Below, one piece after another: positions 1 to 11,885 of a stretch of 64,000 bases of DNA. Source of the stretch: Vicugna vicugna. Lineage: Eukaryota. The translations under genes were made by a program, and so were the position numbers. The notes below the pieces were generated by a model, which made no database searches, was not told the origin of the DNA, and saw only the letters and a list, made by a program, of their open reading frames with translations. How positions within the stretch are numbered: the first letter of the stretch is position 1; every line of letters starts with the position of its first letter. The stretch is from contig MU058718.1 in assembly GCA_013265495.1 (NCBI GenBank), positions 3,734,081-3,798,080 of the forward strand, written 5' to 3'.

Positions 1-145
1 ATTCTTTTTGTTTATGGCTGAGTAATATTTCGGTGTGTGTGTGTGTTTACAAACATATACACACACCACATCTTCTTTAGCCAGTCATCTATTTGTGAGC
101 ACTTGGGTTGCTTCCATGTACTGGCTGTTGTAAATTGTGCCACTG
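1..145 (-). mobile_element. LINE-1 3' region fragment
   Basis: tttatggctgagtaatatt...cttgggttgcttccatgt...ggctgttgtaaat is typical antisense L1 3' sequence. Confidence 0.7.
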
Positions 146-314
146 TCAAAGAGGAAGTCTAGTTCCTCCCTTCTCCTGTAATTAAGTAATAGTTAATACT
201 GGCTAGTTTTGTGAAAATTTTTATTTTTAATGATAAAATTGTGACTTTTAACAGAAGAGTATATTTGGGAATTAATTTTATAACTTTCTCAGATGGAATA
301 TTTTTTAGCTGTGA

Positions 315-620
<306 letters not shown>

Positions 621-934
621 TAGAATATCAATTTATTTTAACTTTTTGTTTTGATATTATCTAATGTTAGATTTTGAACTCATAAAAAAAAAACAGACCT
701 GCCTTCTCACGTATCAGAATATACTTTTGCATTGTAACGTCTTGCTGTTTTTATTCAATTTATAAATATCTTATGTTGTTTCTTACTGTTGTCAGGCAAG
801 AAAGTGAAAATTGGAACTGCACAGAACATCTCAGATCTTTTGATAAATGCAGCCAGTGATCCTTTGGGCTATTCTGATTGATGCTGGGCTTATCATTACA
901 TCTCATTTATAGCCAGACTTCGAGCCCTAGGAAT

Positions 935-1032
935 TTTATAGCCAGTTGTCACATATAGCTGTAGAGCCCTTGAAATGTGATTAATCCAAGTTGAGATGTG
1001 TTATACATGTAAAATACACACCGGATTTCATA
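935..1032. mobile_element. hAT-Charlie fossil (MER33-like)
   Basis: tgaaatgtg...ttgagatgtg...gtaaaatacacaccggatttc resembles the MER33 consensus as recalled. Confidence 0.55.
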
Positions 1033-1919
1033 GTACATAAAAAGTTAGTGTTAGTCTAGTAATGAAATTGCAAATGTTTCCAGTTTACTGCATTTGAGTT
1101 CTCAAGAACTGAGACATAAGATTAAAAATGGGTAGGGTATCATCAGCATGTTGGTAGGTGTTGCTTAGTATCTCGCGTCATACAGATATTTGATTATAGC
1201 AGATGTGCATTATTTAGAACCATTAAAATCATTATGAAAATACATTTTAATATCACCCAGAAAACTAAACTTTGTCATTGTGCTGTTTTAATCATTTTAC
1301 ATATTTGGACTTATTTATTCAACTTTGAAAAGCAGTTTTTTACAGTGATTCCATGTAGTGGGACTCAGTGTTTATTGAACAACTAAATTTTTCATCCCTT
1401 CAGAAGAACTAAATCACCCACTCTGCCTGTGTTGGGCTCTAGCCCCTTTGCATACTCTCCTTACCATCTCAAGCAGGCTGCTGCTGTCCCTGGCTTCTAT
1501 TTTTAGGCCTGGAACATGGAGATAATTTATAGCTTCCCTCCCACCTGATCACAATCCTCACCCAAGGGCCACTTACTTCTGCTGTGTCCCCAGCACCCAG
1601 CACAGAGACAAGCACACAGATAGATGTTTGTTGAATGAATAAAGGATAGAAATGCAAAAAAAGAAAAGAAAAGAAATGCGGTTATAGTTTGCTATCACTG
1701 GGTGGCAGAGGCTTTCTGGTCTGTAGAACTAAATTTGAGAGCGTATATTGAGCTTAGTTTTCTTATCATCGTTAATCTTATATTATTACAGAATTTTTAT
1801 AGTTTACAAAGCATTTTCACAATTAGTTAATTTGCTTCTCTCCATAACTGTGTAGACTTTTAAAACAGGGAAGAATAAACACCTTCCTTAACCTCAGATA
1901 GGTAGTATTAATAAATAGC

Positions 1920-2150
1920 TATTTGATTGTCTACATTATGCTAATCTTTATACAGAACTCTTGACATATATTAGGTCATTTAATCCTTGTCAGTCATCTT
2001 TGGTATGAATTTATTCAAGTTTTACAAATAAGGAGACTGAGGCTTAGAGAAGTGAAGCAGTTTCGCCTATATTCATACAATTTGTAAGTTGCCAAACTAA
2101 GATTAAACCCCCCAACCCCCTAAGTATATCTGACTTCAAACCTCAGTTCT
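1920..2150 (-). mobile_element. MIR SINE
   Basis: catttaatcct...ttttacaaataaggagactgaggcttagagaagtgaag, the MIR core. Confidence 0.65.
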
Positions 2151-3056
2151 TTCCTACCTCCCAGCTGTACTGTCAAGGAATATTTCACTTTGCTGAGTTG
2201 AAGATAAAATTTAGTGCCATTTGCACATTGATCTTTAAATTGCTAGCCACAGTCTAATCCAACATTTAACTTTAGTCCTAAATTAGTATTGAAATGACCT
2301 TCTCTGATATACACATAAATCTTTATGTTTGGAGGCAGGCTCTTCCAGTTTGTCTCCAAGTCTGGAATAGGCCATTATGGTCTCTCAGAATTCAGTCTTT
2401 AACCTTCCAGTGGTTCAGTGCTTTCCTTTAGCATTTTCCCATATAATAAATAGCCTCCACACCAGCTTGCTGCTCTCTCCTTCCCTCAGCATATATAGGC
2501 CATTAGAATTAATTAAAAGCATGTTTTTTTATAAGTTTCTCATTTAAAACAGACTAATCAGCTCTGACTCCCATATGCTGTCTTTAGGTGGTAAAAGCAG
2601 AAAGGAAATAATAGTACAGTGGGTATTTCAAACACAGTACTCATCCTACTATAGTACCTATTCCAAACCCCTTTTTCAGCCTAAAGGAGGTAGAAAAATT
2701 TGAATCAGTCTTTCCCATATAAATTTGCAGCTAATTACTAATTATTACTGAAATTTATGATTCTAGTTTTAAGCCTCTATATAAAGATTATAACTTAATT
2801 CTGACTTTTTTTTATAGAATATGTAAAGGTTTAGGGTTGGTTTTATATCCATCACTAATGACCTACAAGTTTCCAAGAGAAGGTAAATTTTACTTCCTCT
2901 ATAGTATGGTTAAAAAAAAAGGCATATCTGTATTTTTTAGGTAGTAGAAGTTTGGGCAAGAGGCACATTAAAAAATGCTTAAATGTTGTTTGTTCTTATA
3001 GTTTCTTGTTTGATTTAGGGCCTTTATGCTAAGGAATGTTGATTCTTTCTTTTTAG

Positions 3057-3200
3057 CGTACCTCGGTATGATCAACCTCCTCCTGTCACATACCAGCCAC
3101 AGCAAACTGAAAGAAATCAGTCCTTTCTGGTACCTGCAAATCCATATCATACTGCAGAAATTCCTGACTGGCTTCAGGTTTATGCTCGAGCCCCTGTGAA
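3057..3200 (+). CDS. SAV1: SAV1 coding exon 4 equivalent
   Basis: Acceptor ttttag|C and donor AA|gtaagt; 144 nt, phase compatible with both neighbours. Translates (S)VPRYDQPPPVTYQPQQTERNQSFLVPANPYHTAEIPDWLQVYARAPV(K). Confidence 0.97.
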
Positions 3201-3569
3201 GTAAGTGAATTTACAGCACAAAGCTTTGTTGAAGGGTGAGTGGAGGGCTGAATGGAGTATGGGCTGCTTAACCCCCACAGCACGATGTTTTTTCTCTTAA
3301 TAATATTTGGCTTTTAAATAATATTTAAAGAAAGGATATTACAGCTTATAAAGTTTGAAAGTCATTGATTAGAAATGGAATTTCTACGTTTATTGAATCT
3401 CTACTTTCTTTGTGTGCAGACCTGTGCTATTATAGGGATACAGTAAAGGACTTACATTCTCAATAACTTGTAAATAAGTGATACAGTACCTTGTGTGATA
3501 AAAGGAAGGATGCAAGTAAGTCCTAGGCACAGAGGTGAAACAAAGCAGGACACAAGGGTGTTAAGGAAA

Positions 3570-4000
3570 TAGTATGTGCGCAAGTTCTGGGATGAGATGA
3601 TATGTGCTTACTGACACTTAAGCTGTGTTACCCTAGACAGGGTGCTTAATCTATAGTTTTGTCTTATGAAAATTGGATATAGTAATAATACCTACTTTTA
3701 AGGTTGTCTTGCCCATTGAGAGAGCTTAGTAAATGATTGTTATTATTTGGGGGGTAAAGATACAGAATTGTGGTTAAGGTCACTCAGGAAGAAAACTGAG
3801 TATGATTTCTGTCTCCATCACCTACTTACTGAATGACATTAGGTAAGTTCTTGAACTTAGTTCTAAGTGTTTTTCCTCTACTGAAACACAGGGGATAATA
3901 ATCTAACCTCCCTTACTCAGTATGGTGAGGCTTAAAAGTGACCGTGCATTTTAAAGCAAATGGCACAGTGGCTGATTTGGGTAAGTCCTCCGTAATGGTT
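3570..4000 (+). mobile_element. Tandem degenerate MIR fragments
   Basis: Two MIR-like cores: agctgtgttaccctagacagggtgcttaat...aataatacctac and tgacattaggtaagttcttgaac...gggataataat. Confidence 0.5.
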
Positions 4001-6678
4001 TCTTATTAATATGAGTGAGCAAGGAAGACTGCACTAAAGAGAAAAATATATGGGTTAGTTTTTAAAGACGCTGATGAGTGTGCTAGGCTCATTGAGAATA
4101 TTTATTGGGTGCCATAGTATGCACTGTTCTTAGGATGTAATCATGAATAAATGAAATTTGCCTCAGAGAGCTTCTCTTTTCTGGGAAACAGAAGTAGTTA
4201 CTCAGATCAATAACCCAATGTGATAAGGATTAGTGACAGTAGTAATACAAAGTGCTGTGATTTCAGAAAAGGGGGTGTTTGAAAGCAAATAGTTACTGAT
4301 AATCCAGTGCTTCCTATGCTCAACTTTTAGGTATGTTATTTCTTATACTCTTCCCCAAACCTATTTTACAGGTGAAAAAAGCTTTGTCTCTGCTAAGATC
4401 ACACAACTATTGCATGGTAGATTTTAAACTTTCACCTCTAACTTCAAAGTTCATGCCGTTAACCTTTGTCATTACTACTTTCTTATTTAATAATAATAAT
4501 CACTAACTGAGTATCTATTAAATTCCTGGCACTTTGCTAGGCATTTTATACATAATAATTGCATGTACAGTACTATTAACAACTATATAAGCTGAAACTT
4601 TGTAGCCTTAGTCTTAATATTCCTTTTGTATATCAAAATCCAAAATTATCAGCATAAAATAGCCTGAAGAAGAGTTTTAGAAAGTTTAAGATGATTGTAC
4701 AGTGAATTTAGAATAAAATATTTAAATCTCATAACATTATTGGTCATTTACTGTGAATTATTTGTTAATTTTTAGCCAGCATAAACATACTCTTACATTC
4801 CCTCTGATCTTCTCAGTCTGTAAATTCATAGTTGTGGCCTGATGCAGTGAGAGAAGATGATATTTGAGGGTTGTGGTCTCAAAGCATCAGTTTTTTTTTT
4901 CCTGAGTCAAATTTAAGCCTTGTCAGTGTAATTTTTTTCAAAGGTTTTAATTATAGATATTATTCCCTGGTATAAACAGTGCTTGTCAAAAGTTTGGTTT
5001 TAGTTTATTTGAAATTACATAACACATTTATCCATAGAAATTAAGCACAGTTTGGTATTTGAGCTAACCTACAGAAGCCTCTGTATCTGATAATACCCAT
5101 ATAGTATAGGAATGGGATGAGGCATGATAGCAGATGGACTTTTCCTTTTTTCCTCTTCTCTCATGCCTGATACCACTTGACCTACTACTGTGTATAGCCT
5201 TTGTTTCATATGCTGATCCTAAGTCATACATAATATGTGCATGTATTTATATTTTCTTTAAGTCTGGAAGAATATGTGCTTAACTGTTAACCTTTGTTAT
5301 TTTAGGGAGTTGATAAGATTGAGGAGGGTTATTCTTTCCACTTTATGTTATTTCTATTTTATGACCATTGTTGGAAAGAAATAACAAAAAGCTTTCCTTT
5401 TTGGGGAAAAAGATAGTACTTAAATGGAATTCTTTGCTTCTTATGAAAAGAAATGATTTCCAAAGATTAGATTCCCTTTCCACTCTGGTTCTATAAGCTA
5501 GCTATAAAACTTTAGGAAACTAGCAACTTAAGTTATTTTTCAAATAGATCAGAACTCTCCCAGAATGGGCCAGTAAGAAGAGAGCAAGTACTTCTTTACT
5601 GCTTAAAACAAGAGGTCTAAAAGCTGATACTTTTTAGCTGATCCTAAATCTTTGTCTCTAAAGAGGATGGAAATGATTAATATTGTTCTGTCAATGAAAG
5701 GTGAGCTGTTATCTGTGAATTAGATAATGGAGAAAAAAGAGATTTTAGCCAAAAAACTAGCTTGTTTCTTCGTTTAACAAACAGTCAATATCTTCTAACT
5801 TCCTAAAATGCTTTGATTCTATCTCTAGCAGTAACTTAACCAAAATAATTTTTGCATATACTTCTGGAACTACCTTAGAACAGATAATATTCTAAATTTT
5901 TATTTATTAATTTTAGTTAAGTTTTATCTCTAAGTTTGCTCACAGAGCCTAATATATCATATAACTTTAGTCAAACTGAACTATAGGATAAAATTGTAAG
6001 ATTTAATCTTTAACCGGAAAGACCATTAGGAACATATTTACTTTCCAGTATTCCTCACCACCACCCCCCCCCCGGCCAACACCAGTCCCCAATAGCATTG
6101 TGGTACTGACTCTATTTTATTCTTGTGTCTTGGTGATCCTGTGTTATCACCGTTGACTCACTTCTGGCTGTAGGAGGAAAGGAAGAGTGGGCATGCTTTT
6201 AGATAAGGCAGGCACAGGGAACTTGGGCTATGTTATGATACCCGGGGCTGGGAATAGCAGCACTTTTGGCTCCTGAAGGTAGCATCCACTGGAGTGTGCA
6301 CATGATTTTTTGGTAGCATTACAGCAATTGCTGTTTGCATATATGGGTTATTTACAAGTACTGTTTGAATATTACCCTAGGAAAAACAGTAAAAGAGATA
6401 CTATAAGAAAAGGTTACTGGAGTAGTTTATAGCCTATTTTCTGAATGATTTCCCTGTATATTTAGAGTATAGTGACTAAAAGTTAAACTGAAGCAGATTA
6501 TTTGATTCCTTAAGAAGAGAAAAATGAGAATGACATACTTCTTGTAAAAAAAAAAAAGGCAGGCATAGGCAGAAGGCAGTAACTATATAGAAACTGCAGG
6601 GGCAAGAATTTGGAATGGAAATTGGCACATGGCATACTTTTCTCGTCTGTGCTCTTCCTTAGAATGCTTTTTCTTCTT

Positions 6679-6787
6679 TTTTTTAAATGGCGTTTTTGTT
6701 TTTTTTTTTAATGGAGGTACTGAGGATTGAACCCAGGACCTCATGTATCCTAAGCATGGGCTCTACCACTGAGCTGTACCCACCCCC
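6679..6787 (-). mobile_element. tRNA-derived SINE (camelid Vic-1-like) with 18-bp TSD
   Basis: The - strand reads gggtacagctcagtggtagagcccatgcttagg...ggtcctgggttcaatcc (Pol III A and B boxes) plus an A tail. Perfect TSD AGAATGCTTTTTCTTCTT at 6661-6678 and 6788-6805. Confidence 0.9.
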
Positions 6788-7719
6788 AGAATGCTTTTTC
6801 TTCTTCTCAAAGTATTTTTACTAATTACTCTGATTTTGTGACTTCTACCCAAAATCCTATTCTTAATGCTAAATTGGGAGTCAGAAAACTGTCTGCAGCT
6901 TTTTTTTTTCTTTTTAAAAAAAACTTGAATGCTTATATAGAATGATACTCATGTCTTAAAGACAGGTGTGACATTTACTAATATTACTATATTTTTCTCC
7001 TTTTTCCTTGCTAGAAAGTATATAGATGATACATAAGCTTTAGTGTTCTTACAGTTCACCTGGCATAAGTTTAAGCAACTTGAAATCAGTAGACATTGCT
7101 GAAATGTCCCTTAGCTATGAAATTCAGACTCAGAAAGATTAAAGTTTTTTGTTAGGAATTATGAATTTGTTTCAAACAAGTAAAATTTTAAGGTACATGA
7201 ATGGCAGAGTTTCTAGGAAACACCTTGCAACTGTTTCTTCATAGAGGCTTCATAGAGGCTTATTAAGTATTTCTGGTAATATTTCTCCAATTTATGTTGG
7301 CAAGTAGTTGGAGTTAACAACTAAAGAGAATATAAAGCTTTCTACCAAGTATATCTGTTAGTAAATTTGCAGTGCTCATTAAATTGGTACATTTGGGATC
7401 CAACCAAATATGTTTACCTTGTGATTTTATTTAACGTGCTTCTGATATTCCTGGTACACATACCCAAGTTGTACAGGAATATATGTGGACGTGCCAGGCA
7501 CAGTATGTGGCTCATACTGGCTTCTCTGTATTTGTGTACTGTTTCTTTTTATTAAAAATAAAACCTTTTAAAAAAAATAGATGATTTTGGAATAAGACAG
7601 TAAATGAGACTGACACGCTGCCTACTGCGCTAAGGAAGCAGGTAAGACATTAAATGAATTACCAAGCAAAGGATCATTGGGTAGGAAATGTTGTAAATGA
7701 TTATTAAGAATAAATTTAC

Positions 7720-7923
7720 CGTATACTGTATAGCACAGGGAAATACATATACAAGATCTTGTGGTAGCTCACAGCGAAAAATAAATGTGACAATGAATAT
7801 ATGTATGTTCATGTGTAACTGAAAAATTGTGCTCTACACTGGAATTTGACACAGCATTGTAAAATGACTAGAACGCAATAAAAAAATGGAAAATAAAATA
7901 AAATATTACATGTATCTTAAAAA
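7720..7923 (+). mobile_element. 5'-truncated young L1 3' end with 14-bp TSD
   Basis: tatagcacagggaaata...tgacacagcattgtaaaatgacta...aataaa and A-rich tail. TSD AAGAATAAATTTAC at 7706-7719 and 7924-7937. Confidence 0.85.
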
Positions 7924-9014
7924 AAGAATAAATTTACTGGAGTTTACAATGAAAGGTCTTCGTATTATGTCTGCTCCATAATATGATTTGAGAAGTATAG
8001 CTTTAAAATTATATAAGTATATGCCTTGCCCTAGTTCTAGTTTTCTTTCTCTAATCTTAGTAGTTATTAACATTCAACACTATTACTCTGCTGCACCTTG
8101 GCCCATTAGTTCTCTGCCTTTCTGATCTTCTAGTCACTAAACAGTTTAGCAAGAGATATGTATATAGCCTCTTTAGGTTTCATCAAGAAGTGAGAAGATT
8201 GGATTAGAGTGCTGTCTTTAGGTCTCTTTCAATGCAAATTGTAGATTACTGCTTTAGAAGTTTGTTGCATACTTCCGTGTCAGTATGTGATCTGCTTACC
8301 ATTGAAGGATTAAATGCCTTCTGAAATGCCTATAAATATAATCTTACGTGAGTCCATCCCTACATTGTGGAGTCTTCTACAGTCTACTTATTCTCTCATT
8401 TTGAAAAGAGCTTATTCTTTCCTTTCTACTTGAGTTTTTCTGTTTGTTTTTAATATTATATACTCAACCTCAGGAAAATTCAGCCCACAAATGATGGTTC
8501 CTTTTCATTCCTCTATTTATTTCCTTGTTTGCTGTAGTGATCAGCATGCCTCAAAAAGCTTCATCAACACTAGTGACACAAATGATCTTGCCCATTTTTG
8601 TGTATTGTTCTTTGTAGAAACAGTGTCATCTAAAGTATTCTTAAGTTCCTGACAGTTAACTTTGGATGAACTTATGAATAATTTGAAATGTGTTCTTCAG
8701 AAATTATAGAACCACAGTGGTTTAAAATATGTGTTCATTATTGTCTATCTGTTAATATTAGAATAACTGATACTTAAGATGAACAGAAATGGGTATTTTT
8801 TTAACTTAAATTGAAATGAAGTAATATTAGCAGTTTTCTCCTCTCCCTAAAAAATAGTGTATTTAGCAGTTAATAGCTCAGTTATTTTTAATTACAGTTT
8901 ATAGTTTACTTAGTTATAATAAAATTCATATTTATAAAAATAGACCATTTTATTGCTGTAAGTTCTTATTTAAGTATGTGTTGTGAACATATGTCTGATT
9001 GTGTTTTAAAACAG

Positions 9015-9216
9015 ATATGACCACATTCTGAAGTGGGAACTCTTCCAGCTGGCTGACCTGGATACGTACCAGGGAATGCTAAAGTTGCTTTTCATGAAAG
9101 AACTGGAACAGATTGTTAAAATGTATGAAGCCTACAGACAGGCTCTTCTCACAGAGTTGGAAAATCGCAAGCAGAGACAGCAGTGGTATGCTCAGCAACA
9201 TGGCAAGAATTTTTAA
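9015..9216 (+). CDS. SAV1: SAV1 terminal coding exon, SARAH domain
   Basis: Acceptor aaacag|A; translates YDHILKWELFQLADLDTYQGMLKLLFMKELEQIVKMYEAYRQALLTELENRKQRQQWYAQQHGKNF, stop TAA at 9214-9216. Confidence 0.97.
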
Positions 9217-10500
9217 CTTAAATTTATAAAAATAAAATGTAAGTTTTATAAGGGCTTTAAAATATCTTCACAGATGAAAAACTGCAAACAAGTACTTTGG
9301 TTAATAAAGGCAGCTTGCTTTTTTGAGATTATAAAATTCTAATTTTACATATATTTTATTATTAAAAGTATTCTTTTATTGAGAAAAAAATGAGTTTATC
9401 ATTTTAAGAGCCAGCATGGCAAACATTTCTGAATGCTGTACGTTTGGAAACTACTTTGAATATTCTCGATGGAGACAAATGCAGCAAGAAATGTCATTTA
9501 ACCATATACTAAATGGGAAGTGATCAGTTGGTAAACTCTTCCAGTAGCAGTACCTTTCTTTAAAAAACAGAGAGATAATCTATGCAGTATTTAAAAAAAG
9601 ATGTTTACTGCTTTAGTGTGGAATACTGTCTGAAATTGGATGGTTTAAATATTACCATCGTGTAGTTCAAAACATAAGATGGTATTTGGGTCCTTTATTG
9701 TGATAAGTTTTTATATATAATGTGTGGGGTTCTTCCCCCCTCCAAATGTAAAGAACCCTTTTAAAACATGTTGAGAAAAGTATTTTTTGGTATGAAAGGG
9801 TGAAGGGCCTGTAATCTTTCAGGAATAAATTTAGGCATAAGGCCTTAGCCTGTGTGGGAAAGGTATGTACAGCACTCAGAAGTTGCTAACATTACTTCCT
9901 TACTGTGGGCCAGGGCTCTTATGGCATTTAGTAGCATGGTTCTGATGAGACAGCGGAGGGTTCCCAACAGCATAGCACGTTGCCATCTTAACAGACTGGA
10001 TTGAGCTGCCAAAAATGACAATCAGGGATTCATTAAGAAATCTTGGTCATTAAATTGATTTTACATATCTTTTATCTTCTAAGAGTTTGTCACAGAACTT
10101 TAAAACCCAGTATTTCCCTTCCAGTTTTTTTTCCTTTTGGCTTAATAGTTACTAAGACATTGTTCATAATTAGCACAGTATATTTGATTGCAGGAAATTT
10201 ATGGCACGTCTAGCCTATAAATCTCTAGAATTCTGTGAATTTCAACACTTATTGAAATAGCTATTCAGTTATATTTAGACGTGTTGTAAATATGTAAATA
10301 AATTTTTAGTTTAGGTAACCTTCCAAAATACAAAGCACTCCCAGTTAGATACCATTGAGTTTGAATTATTGGTAAAATGTTGAAAATGTTACATGTTTGA
10401 TTTTATATAACAAGGTTATTAAATATATTTTTGTGGAAACTAAATGTGTTGTGTTTGAGTCCATGTTTTATGCATAGTGCTATAAATACTGTTTTTCCAT
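9217..10500 (+). other. SAV1: SAV1 3' UTR (3' end approximate)
   Basis: AU-rich sequence after the stop with no obvious repeats. Candidate poly(A) signals: AATAAA at 9824 and 10297, ATTAAA at 10418 followed by GT-rich tgtgttgtgtttg, and TATAAA at 10481. Confidence 0.6.
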
Positions 10501-11044
10501 TCAGAAGGCCCATAGGCAAAGGAAGCAGTATAATGAAAGGGGTATTGAAAAATGAAAATAGGTTAGTGGAATTTTATCAGTGGGAAAAGTTATTCTGCAG
10601 GGCATTTGATCAGACTTTTCTAAGATGTGAGTTTCTATATCTTAAGAACCCTCACACACTCTTCTATCCTGGTCATTGTCTACTCCTTACTTAATAGTAC
10701 CATTTAAGGCTTAGCCGTTTCTAAGAAAGTTAGAAATTACTGTTTTAGAGCTCCCAGATAAGAGGCATTACCTTCCTTTTTTCATTACCACACTTTTTTT
10801 CTCTCTTTAAAGAGTATGTTCCTTGAAATTCCACTACAAATTTTAGTAATTGGAAATACAATATAGAATCACTAATGTAAAAGAACTGGAATGTACCTAA
10901 AAGAGATTAGCATACATTTCTTAAAATGGAAAGCTGAATTTGTAATGGTGTCAATATTTTTAAAAAAGCATTTTGAATTTGAAAAAGAGAAATCTTCAAT
11001 CATTCTTTATCAATACCTCTCAAACATTTCCAAATTCAGTTGTT

Positions 11045-11075
11045 TTTAATCTTAGGAACCAGAGTAAACTTTAAT
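11045..11075 (-). terminator. Candidate ATL1 polyadenylation signals (two ATTAAA)
   Basis: tttaat on the + strand at 11045-11050 and 11070-11075 reads ATTAAA on the - strand, about 700 nt after the ATL1 stop, with T-rich sequence downstream on the - strand. Confidence 0.5.
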
Positions 11076-11774
11076 AATAGTTCACATGTTAAAAGAATAA
11101 ACCTATGATGAATACATTTCTTTGTGTACCAAATGAAAAAATATACAATGCAGTGAAACTCAAATACATATACAAAGTGATTTTTGTGCATTTTTGATCA
11201 AGAGGTTTATATTCTATATTAAATCATAATATAAAAGAAGCAATATATAGTTTTTGATAAAGCAACTGAAAAGCTCTCTTAAATGTCTTCTAAAATATGA
11301 GCTAATGATATATGTAAAATGCTATAGATTGAATCAAGCCTATTGAGTTACGATGCTATCTTTAACAGGTGACTGTGAAATAATTTAAAAATTCTTCTGT
11401 AGAAATTAAATGAGCATATCCAAATGTGGAGTAATATTACTACATGGTTTAACTATAACCTGGTAGCAGAATTTAGTAAATTCAAGCAGAACACATGTAC
11501 TGTTATCATAAATAGACAAATACTTTAAATTATAACAGCATATTTAAAGACAAAAATCAGGAAACTGTACATGTTAACAAAATGATATAACCATGCATAC
11601 ATACATCTGCTTATTAAACACTGAAGTAAAAGAACTAAAACCATTTTGCAATCTTCAGAGGTGCTTGGTATTTTACTCTGTTCTGATGGAAGCACTTTTG
11701 AATGTTTGCATGGAGACATAAAACAATATTTAACTGACAATTTGGTCATGCACCTGTATTTTTAAAAATTTGGA

Positions 11775-11885
<111 letters not shown>

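Noticed and set aside
806..830. aaaattggaac..acaga resembling part of U6 snRNA
   Set aside because: Only about 11 nt match and the flanks do not continue the U6 sequence; consistent with chance.
7237..7261. Short tandem duplications (cttcatagagg twice; also a 19-21-bp unit at 26741-26780)
   Set aside because: Ordinary two-copy slippage duplications with no spacer structure; not CRISPR-like and no sign of function.
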